A stretch of DNA of 64,000 nt, taken from positions 1,145,717 to 1,209,716 of the forward strand of contig MU056898.1 of the NCBI GenBank assembly GCA_013239625.1, given 5' to 3'. The DNA comes from Lama guanicoe. Taxonomy: Eukaryota. Below the pieces are notes generated by a model. It was given only the letters and a program-made list of their open reading frames with translations. It made no database searches and was not told the DNA's origin. Position numbers and translations under genes: made by a program. How positions within the stretch are numbered: the first letter of the stretch is position 1; each line of letters starts with the position of its first letter. Of this stretch, positions 12,341 through 25,039 are shown in pieces.

Positions 12341-13450
12341 CACCTGCCCTGGCCAGGGTCCTGGGCTGACCTGCTGTCATGTGGACCTGACCTGGCCCCG
12401 GAGTCCCCCAGCCACAGCCGTAGCTTCACTCGTCCACAGGTCCAAGTGCAGAACTGCAGGAGGGTGGCTCTGTCCTCTGGGCAGCCGTGCCTGAGGCCAT
12501 CTGCGTGTCCGCATAAACACACCACAGCACGGCGATCAGTCCCCTTGCCTACAGCGCCTTGGTGGCTTCAGGTCTCTGTGTGCAGCTCAGCTGGGGTGGT
12601 TTGTGCAGGCGGTCGTGTGCGTGTGCAGTGGCACCTTGGGGAGTTACTGAGTCGGGGGTGCAGGCGTTGACTTGAGGGAAACTCCAGGTCGTCTTCGGAG
12701 TGGCTCGCTGGTTTGTATTTCCTCCATGTTGATTACAGCCTTCCCAGCCCTTTGCTTTGCCAGAGTTCTTAGTTTCTGCCAATCAAATGGGTGCGAAGAG
12801 GTCGTCCATCGTGGGTCCCGATTTCCACCTAAGCGATGGGGCCTAGACCTGGCGGGCACTGGCTGTCTTGCTCGATGGGATCTGGGGTCTGGTGCCTGTT
12901 CTGTGGTGGCTTCCACAGAGATGTAATGGGCCAGCTGACTGCCCAGGTCGAGTGCGAGGCCCTGGGCCCCGCCCGTCGCTGTGAGAGTGAGCCTGCGCTG
13001 GGGCAGGTGCTGATTGATGCCCTGGTGCATGGCCATGACCAGGCCTGGCACCATCCGCAGCCCGGATGGTCAGGAACCTCCTGGGCGGGGAGGTTGGCTC
13101 TGCCTGGATCCCAGGGTCCTGGGGGTGCACCAGGGGCTTCCCTGGAGGTTGGTCCCCTCAGTTACTTCTTCCAGAACATGAGCTTGCCAAGCAGAGGATC
13201 ACCACTGTCCTGTTCTCTCATCTGGAGACCAAAACTCCATCCAGATGTCTCCCCTCCCCTCTGACTCCATGGTCACCTTCAAGTGGCAGGTTGGGTGGAC
13301 TTGGCGAGCTGGGTGCTCCCGCTGTCCTCCCCCTAGCAGTGGGGATTCGGGGCATCCCCAGTGGTGGGGGATGGGCAGAGATGGGGGAGGGGTGGCCCCT
13401 TCGGCCCTGGAGGGCCAGCCCCTGACCCTGCTTTCTGTCTTGTCTTGAAG

Positions 13451-13507
13451 GCTCAGCTGTCACAGGCCCTGGAGGAACTGGGAGCCCAGAAACAGAGAGC
13501 TGACATG
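13451..13507 (+). CDS. MAD1L1: MAD1L1 internal coding exon (57 nt, phase 0/0; about human exon 14)
   Basis: Encodes AQLSQALEELGAQKQRADM (human AQLSQALEELGGQKQRADM). Acceptor ctgaccctgctttctgtcttgtcttgaag; donor ATG|gtaagt. Confidence 0.97.
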
Positions 13508-16500
13508 GTAAGTCCTGAGACGCGCCTGCTGGTGGCCTTCGTGGCCCAAGGAAGCCCAGGCATGGTGCCTGAGAGCTGGGCTCCAGGCCAGAGCTCTTGT
13601 CTCCATTGGGGCCTGCCAGATGGGTGGGGGAGGAGGGACTGCAGGGGACCCCAAGGGACACCCACGCGGTGAGGCCAGGACGTGCGCGTTTGTCCCAGAA
13701 GCGAGGGCCCCTTGGAGCTGGCGCGTGGCCCGGCCCGGCCCCGGCCCCGCCCCGGGCGCCCTCTGGGGAAGAGAGAGGGCGGACCCGGCCCCGCTCTCCC
13801 GCCTTCGCGGGGGCGCTGGAGGGGCGTGGGCTGTGGGGCTGTGTGCATCCGGCCTGGGCGTTTCTTATTTTTGGCCGTAGAGCTGCTGTTCCTTGTGTGA
13901 CGCCCCCAGGAGCTTTGAGATCCTGGCGCCCTGCCCACCCTCTAGACCAGTTAAAGTCTGGGGGGCCACGTGGGGGATGTTATTTCATTTCTCCCAGGGC
14001 GAGTCTGATGTCAGCCGGGGTGCAGAGCCCCCTGGAGGCCTGGCTCCCGCCTCGAGGGGAAAAAGCCCCGCCCCCCCGACTGGGAGACCTTAGGGCACCG
14101 TTCTCCACGGGGGCTTGGATGAGATGTGCCTTGTCCCAGGGGCCCGGACCTGCAGAGACCACAGGATGGCGGCGCCTGGCCCTCGCCTGCACTGACTTTT
14201 GGCCACGGGTGACAGACGCTGGCGGCCCTCGTGCACACAGCAGGGCCCCGTGGACTCCTCCTGCCAGTCCTTTCATGCTCACTTGGGATCTGGCCTGTAG
14301 CTGTCAGACAGGTTTTAATCTCCACCCTTGATTGTCCAATCTTCTGCTTATTTTGTGTTGTTTATTTCATTTCTCTCTTCTTCTCCCCAGTTAAGGGGAA
14401 AATGGGAAGTGGCTGTGCCCGGGGCCGGGAGTGCTGGCCATGCTCGCGCGGGGGGCCTGTGAGCCTCTGTTCTCCCTCCACACGCTGCCGAGGTCCAGGG
14501 GGTCTCCGCAGCCCGCGAGGAGATCAGGGCTCAGCGGGGAGGTGCACGGCTCGGGGCCCAGAGGCAGGCAGATCTGTGTTCAGATCCTTGGGGGGGTGGA
14601 TCACCCAGGAAGTGCATGTGTTTGGTTGGGGGAGGTTTCTGCTCTGATACGAACCCGAGTTGGTGAAGGATGAGGTTGAAAATGGGGACAGTGGCCAGGG
14701 CTCCTAGTGAGACAGGGGAGCCAGAGTCAACCCACGCCTTCGGTGACAGCCTGGGTGCCTCTGGGTGTCTCTGGGATCGAGAGCAGTCTGCATCCCAGGC
14801 CCTCGGTCTGGGACGACTGGGAGGGAGCCTGGGTTCTGCACCATTTCTCCCAGCCAGCAGCCCCGCCGTCTGCTGTTTGCTGGCCCAAGGTGAGTTCACT
14901 GTGTAGGAAAGGAGAGAGGGGAAAAAAGAAAAATTTAAACATCTTTAGTTAATTGCAGATGACTGGACAAAGATAGTTTGACTTTCTATTATTAATTAGC
15001 AAACCCGTGCCAATTAGGACGCGTGAGCACAACTCATGCTTTTCTCTTTAAGTACGATCAATATCACGTGGAAAGTCGTCCCGGCCGAGGTCGGCCATTA
15101 ACACACCCCTCGTTAGTGCAGCCGGCCGTGCCTGGGGGAAGGAGGTTTTAACTTTAACTGTAGAAATGCTCTAGTACTTTGTAACCCCAGGGAGTGAGGA
15201 CTAAGGATTTCCTCTCTGGCTCTGGGAGCTGCCAGTCCCAGCTCTGACCCCCACAGTGCCCCTGCTCCCTTCCGCTGCAGCCCCCCAGGGCCTTGGGGGC
15301 GAGAGGAAGGGCTGGCCCGGCTGCCCGCGCTCTCCGGCGCGATCGAGGCTACGCTCCGAGCCGCCCGGTGCCTGGCGCTTTATGGGTGGGTCACCACCTG
15401 ACGACGCTGCAGCAGGCGGCCTTGTCTGTGCAGAGGGACCCCGTTCTCTTGCGACCCGTCTCATCCGGGAGTGCAGTCCTCCCTCTTGGCCTCTCCTGGC
15501 CCCGGGCTTTCCTTCCAAAAGCACCCGCCAAACTCGCTCTGGCTCCGGGAACTCGCGCTCAGAGCACAGGGGAGCTGTGAGAGCGTTTGTGAGGCCTGCG
15601 AGGAGCTGTGTCTAACGGCGGGCTTGCTGACGCTGCGTCATTGTCACCGCCTGAGTCACCGCGGGTAGTGCGAGCCTCCATTGTTGGGCGCTGGAACCCA
15701 GTCACCCTTACTGCCCGCCGCCGGGGAGCCGCCTTATCACAGTCTGCCAGCGGGGCCGGCTGCCTTCCGGGAGATTATTCAGAGCATCTCCTGGTTCTGT
15801 GACTGGTGGTGACTCATTTCACGTTCTGGGTCTGCCCTGCCATGACTGGGGACCTTTGTCCTTGGTGGGAGCGCCAGTGAGGCTCGTGGGAGGAGGTGAC
15901 CGCTGGGACCGTGAGGCCTGGGCCTCCCCCAGCCCTGGCTGCCCTACTTGGAGCGTCAGCGTCTGCTCTTCCCTCCCAGACGCGGGACCTTCTCCTGAGC
16001 ACAGAGAGAAGCTGTGTGTGTTCACAGTGTGGGAAGATCCAGCCACCTGGGGAAGCACTGGCTGAGCCAGAGCGGCTGTTTCTGCCCGGGCCCCGCTCTG
16101 CCCTCGCCCTGGAGGCCGCACCTTAGGTGAGGCTCCTCCCGGGGAGGAAGTGAGCCTGCCCACTGGACTGGGCAGCTTTCAGTGCATCTTGTATTTGGGG
16201 CAAATCTGCCGTATTCAGTGGGTGTCTAGCAAGCAGCCGGCTGCTCTGGGGTCGGAGCCTGACTTCCCACAGCGTTTGGTCGGTCGGGCTCCCTACCAAC
16301 CAGCCACATGGGCGTCTCACTTCCTCCCCGTCAGGGCCCAGTGAGGCTGCCCGCCATCGGCGGTGTCCTCTGCACAGACGCCTGCTCCACACCTTGCGTC
16401 CCAGCACCTCTTCTTCCTTCACCCTTCCACATCAGTCCTCATGCTGTTCCGCCTCCTGGAACGTCTTAAGACTCACAGAGCCTCGTTCTCCCTCAGAATC

Positions 16501-17199
16501 GAGCTTGGTGTTCCTTCCAGCTCTGCCTGTTGCTGTCCCTTTGTGGTGGACACATTGCCTTCTCCTTCCATGGTGGTTCCTGTGACCATCAGTGTCACCC
16601 TGGCTGTTGTCCTTGTCACAGGCATGGTTTTAGCCCTGAAATTGCAGCCACTGCTGGCTGAGTGCTTGCTGTGTGCAGCACACACTCAGTGCTGTGTACA
16701 GACCACCTTGCTGCAGTCCTTCCTCCAGCTGGGAGGGTCCGTGTGGTACCCCCATCCCAGTGAGCTGGCAGGTAACAGGCTGGGTCCAGACCCGGGACAG
16801 GGCCACAGGCACCACGTGCCTCCTCACACCCGTTCACCTGTGGGGCTGGGCCTCCAGCCTGGCCAGGCCGGGCATCGGGAGGTCTGTTAGTGCACAGAGC
16901 GGCTGGGTGTGGACACGGGGGGTGATGCCCGCCCTGGGCCCTGCCTGCCTGGGCGGCCAGCCTCTGGGCTGGCTCTGTCTGCAGTGCGCTCCCGAGGAGA
17001 TGCTGGTGATTCCATTTGTTGCCTTGCGAGGACCCGCCTGCCTTTTGGAGACACAGCCTGACGGCCGGCCTGGGTGGGGGTGACCTGGAGAGGGATTCGC
17101 CCCACGTGGACGCGCCCCCGCATGCGCATGTGTGTGGACAAGCGCCGCTCGCGGCCTCGGTCACCCAGCCTTCCGCGTGGTTCCCTGGCTGACACGATG

Positions 17200-17660
17200 C
17201 AACCTTTGTATCGCGTTCTTTCTCTGCATTTTCTTCTATGATCTCACGTGTTCTCCCAGGTAAGGTTCGGAGTCACCCTGCCGGCTTCTGCGGGGACATC
17301 CCCTGTCCACATGTCCTTCCCGCTCAGGCTGTCGCGCTCTGTGTTTCACATCCTCTCTTACGTCCTTCACATGAGTCTGGTCGTTTTCTTAGCAAGTCTG
17401 GCGCGTTTCTTGTTAGGTGTGCCCCGGGCACCCCGTCCGTCCGGTCAGCGGCAGGCTGCTTTCTCAGCAGCGGCTGTTCTCCCCCAACCGGGCCCCAGCC
17501 TGGGGGCCGCTGCTGGGGCCGCCATTCTGCTGACGTCTCCGCGACAGCCGGACCTTGTCGCCCGAGTCGTGGTGCCTCTTGGGGTAACACGTCTGTTTTC
17601 TCTGACTGCTTTCGAGACGGCCTCTTTCTCATGGGTTTTGAGCAGTTGGTTATGACGTGC
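17200..17660 (-). mobile_element. Degenerate L1M ORF1-region fragment
   Basis: tctgttttctctgactgctttcgagacggcctctttctcatgggttttgagcagttggttatgacgtg resembles the antisense L1M ORF1 motif. Boundaries very approximate. Confidence 0.4.
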
Positions 17661-18099
17661 CCACCCCTGGAGCCTCTGACCCAGGACCTGCTGGTGACGG
17701 GGCCTGCTCCCCGGCCTCGCGTTCCCTGTGTGTCTGTGTTTCCACACCTTTGCCCGGCGGCGCGCTGTGCGCTGCTCCTCCTCCACCTGGACCCCACGTC
17801 CTCCCCGCGGGTGGATGGGGCTGCAGTGGGGCAGGAGGGGTGGGGCCGTGAAGATGCATGCACACACCTGCACACACGCGCACGCACGTCTTGGTGCCTT
17901 GCCAGCGGGAGGAGGGGAGGGCGTTTGCTCTTCTGGGAAAGCGCACTGCCTCCTGCTCCTGCCAGAGGGAAGCGGTGGAGGCGATCGGGACTCACACCGA
18001 CCCTGGAGGAGTTCACAGTAACAGGACACGCCCGTGCTTTCCCCAGCAATACCTTGTACAGAGCTGGCTTGAATGAGACTCATCTTCAGTGGTGAGCAG

Positions 18100-21000
18100 T
18101 GAAGACACATCACACAATTTTGCAAAGCCAAGATTTTCTAGAAAAACAAATAACAGGAAAAAATTTCACAGGAAAAGAATGACATTGAGCAGATAAACAT
18201 TGTTGCTAAACGTTTTGCTGAGAAATGAGACTTAAGCGTCAGGTAGAAGCCGTGAAGGTGGGACAAAGCGCCCAGCGAGGGGTGGGGAGGCCGAGGAGCA
18301 GGTGAGCCAGCCACGGCCTCAGGGTGGGGTTGGGGCTGGGGTGTGGGGGAGACGGAGCAGTGGGGTCCCGCGTCGAGGGGCTGGTGTGTTTACCTGGAAG
18401 AGTAAAGCCGACATGAGAGTTAGGAAAACAGCGAGGACGCCCCACGCTCTGGTGCTGTGGGATCGGCGGAGTCAGGGAATGTTCTCGAGAACAGAAGACG
18501 GGAAAACACAGGAACGTGGACCTTTCCATCATAAGTAGCTGAAGAGTAAGACGTACCGTCCACAGTCAAGTCAGGTAGCGGGAGTGTGTGCGCAACTGCA
18601 GGAAGGCGAACAGCGAGGCACGTGGAGTCGACCAGTCAGGTGCTCGGCGCAGGAGAGTAACGGGCTTTTGGAAACAGGCAAGTGCAGGCATTATACAAAG
18701 TCAGGAGCTACAAAAGCAGCCACTGAACAGAAAACCAAAAACCTCGCACAGAAAGGCAAGTGAGACCAAGAAGCCCAGAATGAGACAGTTTAAGACGGGA
18801 CAGAAACCAAGACAGAAGCACGCACAAAGCCGGGTAAGTCCAGAAAGAAGTCCAAACATAAGTTATGTTAAAGCATAGGTGGGCTCAATTCTCCTATTAA
18901 GAGGGGAAGACTTTCTGACTGGGTCACCGGGTACGACAGGAAACACGAGACACCGTGGAATGCAGAGGCGCGCGGGCAGCTGTGCACAGAGAGCGCGCGT
19001 CGCCACCCTGACTGCGGTTGAGTTCGGGCCAGCGGCACGGCAGGAGGCGGGGCAGGTGCCCGTCAGTGGCAGAGGCGCAGGGGCATGTCTGTGCCGCCCT
19101 GGCCCGCGGTCAGCGCCGCGCAGGGCACAGGTGCTGCGGCTTCAGCGGGAGCCTATGAGGGACACCGGTGGCAGGGATTTTACCTCCTAATCCACGCGGA
19201 GCAAGCGACAGAGAGCAAGTAACAGGAAGAAGTGAAAGGTCTGTTCTGTGCCAAGAGCCCTGTACGTACACATGTGTTTGTACACGTGTGTGCATGTATC
19301 ACACATGCCCTGAACCCCGCAAGTAAAGAACTCTTTTTAAAAAGTGCTCCTGGAAAACGTTAACAAAACTTACTCGTGCTTTGGATTAAAAAGCAAACCT
19401 TCACAAACTCAAACGAGGAGACCTACTTTCTCTGATCACAATGTGATGAAATTTGAAATTAAGAGCACAGCCAAAAAAAGGAAACGCTCCTAACACTTGG
19501 AAACTAAAAAAAGTAAAAAAGAAAGAAACGGAAAAGAAATAGAACAAAAAAACCCCCCGTCTGTCTTAAACAATTCTGGGGTCAAAGAAGAAATGCAGTT
19601 CAAAGGTGCGTGAAACCTAGAAAGTAGTCTTAGTGGAAACTTCTCGCCAGAGCCTGCGGGGGCCGCGGGGGGCAGTGGGGGCAGTGGGAGTNNNNNNNNN
19701 NNNNNNNNNNNNNNNNNNNNNNNNNNNNNNNNNNNNNNNNNNNNNNNNNNNNNNNNNNNNNNNNNNNNNNNNNNNNNNNNNNNNNNNNNNNNNNNNNNNN
19801 NNNNNNNNNNNNNNNNNNNNNNNNNNNNNNNNNNNNNNNNNNNNNNNNNNNNNNNNNNNNNNNNNNNNNNNNNNNNNNNNNNNNNNNNNNNNNNNNNNNN
19901 NNNNNNNNNNNNNNNNNNNNNNNNNNNNNNNNNNNNNNNNNNNNNNNNNNNNNNNNNNNNNNNNNNNNNNNNNNNNNNNNNNNNNNNNNNNNNNNNNNNN
20001 NNNNNNNNNNNNNNNNNNNNNNNNNNNNNNNNNNNNNNNNNNNNNNNNGGAGTGGGGGGGGCCGCAGGGGGGGCCACGGGGGCAGCGTCCTCATGTTTGA
20101 ACAAGAGAGAGCATGTATGGATTGGACACCCGCTCGAGAACCCGGGAGAGGGAAGCAGAGCAGACCTCAGTAAAGGAAAAGGCAGGCACTTGTGGGATTA
20201 AAAGCAGAAATTAATGAGAAACTGAAAACTGGTAGAAATAACAGACAAAAGCCAAATGCCTGTGCTTTGAAATGAAACCAGTAAAAGTGTTAATTATTTG
20301 CAGTCCTGGTGAAGACCTAGTAGGGAGCACGGCCACCTGAAATAAGAAGTCAGGGGCGCTAGCCTGGCGCCCCTGCCTGGTACGGGCAGTGGCGCCCGGC
20401 GCTGCCAAGGCCTGGGTCCGACCCGGACGCGGCCCCGCGCGGCCGCTGGGCTCTGCACGCCCGCTCCGCACACTTACCTCGGCAGCGAGGAGGATACATA
20501 AAAGCAAAAGGATAATGCCTTCTGCATGCACTCGATGAAAAGAGTTAGGAATTAATCTTAATTCTATTTAAAGTACAAATGTGAATGAAATGAGTAATTT
20601 TCTAGGAAAATGTAACCTATCAGTACTGACTCCAGAAGAGAGACGCTTCAGACAGACCAGTTGTCACAAAGTTGTCATGAAACAGCCACCCCTACCTCCT
20701 CCAACAAACAGAAACGGAAAATGCTTCAGGCTAAGTCAGCTTTGCAAGGAAATCCCACTACAGGTCACATTCTGCCCACACTGTGTGTGCCGTCCCCGGG
20801 CAGGGGGCATGGGGAGAGCTTTCGGGAAGAGAGCCTGTGTTGTGTGTGTGGGTCCACACACGTACACACCTGTCAGGACGGGAAGTCAGCAGGTGCTCAG
20901 TTGCGCCGAGGGCAGGCCGAGGGTGTCTTTGTATTTGCTGGAAAGCCATTTGACAGAATCCCACAATCAGCCTTGATTAAAATGTCTTCATAAAATACGA

Positions 21001-21560
21001 ATATATGGGTGATTTCTCAACATGATAAAATACTTCTGTTTCAACCAAAACCTGACCTGCTGTGAATAAGAAGATACTAGATTGGTTCCAGTGATGCTGC
21101 AAACAGGCCCAGGATGTCCCGTGTTATAACTGTAACTAAATATTCTGAAGACGCTCGTCACCAGCGTCAGACAGGAGGAGATGAAGGTATAAATGAGTGC
21201 TGGGGGAGGAGGGAGGTGACGGGGCCAGGGTGGCCGGCAGACAGCGGTCAACCCGAGACTCTGCCGAGGGATGGGGAACAAAACTAATAGGCGGACGCTT
21301 CAAGTTCCGTGTGAACAGAAATAGCAGGTTAGGCAGGTTAGCGAGGCAGTGGAAGCAGACACTCCGCTCACAACAGCGGCAGCCAGAGAGCTGGAAAGAC
21401 AGACAGAGGACCCTGGACGGGCCCGCGGGGCCTGAGGGACGCCCGTGTGACGGAGGAGGTGTGTCCACGTGCTCTGCACAGGCCCCCTTTGTGTAGAGAT
21501 GGATCGTTTGGGCTTTTCTTTTTAAATACTGGTGGGAGAGATGAGGAGTCCTCAGATTCT
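18100..21560 (+). mobile_element. Ancient LINE-1 remnant (ORF1 end, ORF2 endonuclease and RT), interrupted by a gap
   Basis: GLNSPIKRGRLSDW near 18882; endonuclease motif SDHN (TCTGATCACAAT, 19431-19442); EMSNFLGKCNL near 20587; KAFDKI-like aaagccatttgacagaatc near 20942. Confidence 0.8.
19692..20048. other. Assembly gap (357 N) flanked by G-rich tandem repeat
   Basis: Run of N; flanks gggggcagtgggggcagtgggagt and ggagtgggggggccgcagggggggccacggggg. Confidence 0.99.
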
Positions 21561-21659
21561 CGGGACGGAATGGTGGGACGGTGCAGGAAGTCGGGGCGGA
21601 CCCAGTGCCACACAGGGAGTCGGCAAGTGAGAAGGTGCAGCCCGCGGGACGGCGGGCCT

Positions 21660-22251
21660 TTTTGTACCAACGCAGGGACAGAGCTCTGTGTCCCCGCCTC
21701 TTGTCTGTGAAAAGCTTTAGCCTCCCAGGCCTCCCCTGAGCTCCCGAGAGCAAATTTAATCAGAAAAGTGAGAAGATACAGAAACATAGGAAAATAGTCA
21801 AGCAAGACAACACAGTAACTGTTTAGCCAAGAAACAACCAAGGACCTGTGGTTCCTCCTCGCGGGCTGTAGGTGATATTCTGAGCCACGTCCCTGAGCTG
21901 CTTTGCAGACGCTGCATCCCCTGCCAGGTGGGGATGCTGACCACAGCACAGAGACCCCAGACCCACCGGACCCAGAGGGTTGATGAGGTCCAACCCGAAG
22001 TGGCACCCTCTCACCTCAGCACCAGCCAGTCAGAAGGGCGCCCACAACCCTCTTCCTGATGGTGCCTTTAGCACCCTCCCTGAAAGCCGGTGGGGGTTCT
22101 GGTCCCTTGAACACGAGCTGCCCGTGCCCCTTGCTTGGCCCCACATCGAGTGCCTGTGGTCACCACTGCACTTTCCTTCCCCACGATCTAGTGCCAGTCG
22201 ACTGGCTTGCTGTGTGTGGGGCGATGACGACCCTGAGGAAGGCCGGTGACA
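21660..22251 (+). mobile_element. Probable ERV1-class solo LTR
   Basis: aaagctttagcctcccaggcctcccctgagctccc...gaaaatagtcaagcaagac... resembles LTRs I recall from artiodactyls. It ends in ...ggtgaCA; the 5' boundary is uncertain and I identified no TSD. Confidence 0.5.
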
Positions 22252-23589
22252 GCTGATGACACTGCAGGCAGACGTGCCCTTTGACTGCTCGGTGTGGCTC
22301 CTAAGGCTCCCTTGCAGGTGAACTCTGCCATCTGAGCCGCCAGGGGGAGCAGACCAGACATGGGTGGTCAGGAGGCTGCCCGGACAGAGGAGGATGACTG
22401 CCCCATGCACTGGTGTGGCAGTGCCTGCGCAGTCGTGAGCCTCACTGCAGAAGCACAGGCCGCCGCTGCCGGAGAAGAGGCTGGGTGGCGTTGGAGACAA
22501 GTGACGAGACTGGACACTCAGGGACGGGTGACGGGAGGCGATCCTCACATCAGGATGGCTGGGCTCCTGGGGGAGGTTCTGTGTGAGCCTGGGTTTCTGG
22601 GGCGGCAGCAATAGCGTCAAGGGGCACATGGGACAGGTGGACATGACTTCTCCTTGGATTCTGTTCCTCTTGTGACGCTGCGTAGCCCAGCCGTCACTGG
22701 TGCTTGCTCCGTGCCGTGGGCCATCTCCTTGATCAGGAGGGTGTGCCCAGAGCACCTGCCACCGCAGGGGTGGGGGGCGGGGGGCCGCGCCCCTCAAAGC
22801 CCCGGTGGGGGCCAGAGAACTGGGTATGGGGCCCCTATGTGTAGCAAGATTCCACCGGGGCTGTTCTGGGAGCCGGTCTGCAGGGTGTTCGTGGGGCTGT
22901 CCATCCGAGCTGCCGGCTGGGGGTCTCCTGGGTGCGTGAGTCCCATCCAGGGCCCTAATGATTCGTGTCAGGGTGTCATAGAGACCAGAAGGCTCCAGTG
23001 CTGGGGATGGACTGGAGAGCGGCCAGAGCTTAGCCCAGGGCCGGGCCTGGGTGCATCCTTCTGGGCTGCTGGCGGTGATTGAACACCGCATCTCGTCGAG
23101 GGGCTTTTGGAGCCCAGGACTGCCGAGCGCTGCTCTGTCCCGCGTCCCTGCACCGGGTCCACCAGGCGGGAGTCCCCTGGGCCCCTGCCCCCAGGCGCAG
23201 TAGCACAGCTGTCATTCTGCAGCCCCTTCCGGGCCGTCTGTGCGTCCCCGTCGCCCCGTGGAGGAGTGCGAGTAGCAGAATAAGTAAAACATCATGACGG
23301 TTAGCGCGGATCAGAGCGCTGATAACGGGGGGGCGTGTGCGTTACGAGGGCTGTGCACCCCTTCCCAGGCTCTGACATCTCCCCCTACCGACCCCCGCCT
23401 GCCATGTCCCTGCGGCTGCTGTGGAGACAAGAACTGAGCCGGGAAGGAGCCTGAGTTTGCCCAGCGCCTGCCGAGGGCGCCAGGGAGAGGGGCTCCTCGC
23501 CGCGACCCCCACAGGTGGGGCTCCTGGGGCCCGGCTGAGTGGTCTCGAAGCCCCAGTCCGCGTTGACCCCCTCCTGTGTTTCCTCGTAG

Positions 23590-23678
23590 CTGGAGGTGGA
23601 GCTGAAAATGCTGAGGACCCAGGCGGCCCCGGCCGAGGAGAGCTTCCTGTTCTCCAGGGAGGAGGTGAGCTCGCTCAG
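23590..23678 (+). CDS. MAD1L1: MAD1L1 internal coding exon (89 nt, phase 0/2; about human exon 15)
   Basis: Encodes LEVELKMLRTQAAPAEESFLFSREEVSSL(R) (human LEMELKMLKSQSSSAEQSFLFSREEADTLR). Acceptor ttgaccccctcctgtgtttcctcgtag; donor CAG|gtacgt. The split codon AG+G joins the next exon in frame. Confidence 0.95.
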
Positions 23679-25039
23679 GTACGTTGCCTCTTTTGCAGCC
23701 TCCCCCCCTCCCCAGGCTCATCTCCGCAGGACGTGGCTTCCCCCCCTCGACCCGGGCTTGGCCTTTTGTCCGTGTCCTCTCTCGGGTTGGCCCGCCGTCC
23801 CCAGTGCCAGGAGGCAGCAGAGCGCGCCGTCGCAGGGAGCGGGAGCAGCCTCGCGGAGCCCCGCCCACGGCACGCCGCCCTGCGATGCGCCTGGAGCGGC
23901 CCGCGTGTCCCTGGGGTGTCTGGGTCTCCCTGGCCCCTCTCCACCCAGCGGGCTTCTCAGGGAGGGGAGACGGCGAGGTCCTTCAGCGAGAAGTCCCCGG
24001 GCAGGCATGCGTGCACAGAGCCATGAGCCTCTCCGCTCGGAGTGCCTGCTGTGGACCAGACTCCGGCCTCGGCTCCCTACCCCACAGCTGTTTCCGTGGG
24101 TCCGAGGAGACAGACCTGGGCCCAGGAGCCCGGCCCGCGGGAGGCGGTGTGGAGTCAGGAGGGAGACAGCCGGGCCCCGCCCACCGTGGGGCCCTGTCCC
24201 CTGCAGCTGGGTGGCCCTGACCGTGTGGCACCCTCTCCCGTGGCCCCGAATCCTGTGTGGCTGGGCCCCCGATGCCCTGATGCTGAGTGAAGGCAGTCAC
24301 AGCCCCTCCTGGGTCCCAGGTCCTCCCTCTGTTTCCAAGGCGTTTCCCAGCTGAGGGCCGTGGCCTTGTAAGCAGCTGTCCTTGGGGACCCACCAGGGTC
24401 TGACGCTGTTCGTTTGTCCTTTGTTCGTCCGGTTGCTCGTGTGTTCGGGGGCAGGGTGAGGGCCGCTCCGGAGGGCAAGACGCCGGGAGCAGCCGTGGGC
24501 TGTCTCCCCGGGTCTCACGGTGCAGAGGGGACTCGGGGTGTCCCTTACAGTCGCTGTGTGATGGCAGGCTGTGGGAAGTGTGGCAGGGTGCCCTGAGCTG
24601 CGTCTGGGGGACCTGCAGGTGCCCTGGTCCGTGAGGCAGGTGCCACCCAGATTTCCCCCCGCGGAGAGATCACTGTGCAGGTGGGTGCCCCCACACCTGC
24701 TCGGCCGCATCCAGCAGGACGCTCTGCTTGGGCCCTGTGTCAGCAGGGCGGCCCTGGTTCCCCTGATCCCCAGCTGTGGCGTTGGCAAGGCCAGGGGCAC
24801 AGCACTTCCTGCCCCTGGACCTGGCTTTGCACCTGGACAGGGTGCCACCAGCCAATAGAGGGTTAAGTCGGATGCAGACCTCATGGTGTGGTGCTGAGCG
24901 TCCAGGAAGCAGTAGAAGCCCTTGTCCTCCCCAGAACCGGGTCGTCAGGAGCAGACGCAGCACTGCAGGGGCTCGGGGGATGTAGCCGCCCCACACGGAC
25001 TTGAAAGCAGCATCAAAACACACTTCAGCAGACAGTTGC

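Noticed and set aside
19490-20104. ORFs spanning N runs (also 50206-50906)
   Set aside because: Artefacts of translating assembly gaps.
23679-24354. Long in-frame read-through of exon ~15 (252-aa ORF) as an alternative terminal exon
   Set aside because: A good canonical donor is present, the extension is low-complexity GC-driven sequence, and I saw no nearby poly(A) signal. It cannot be supported without transcripts.
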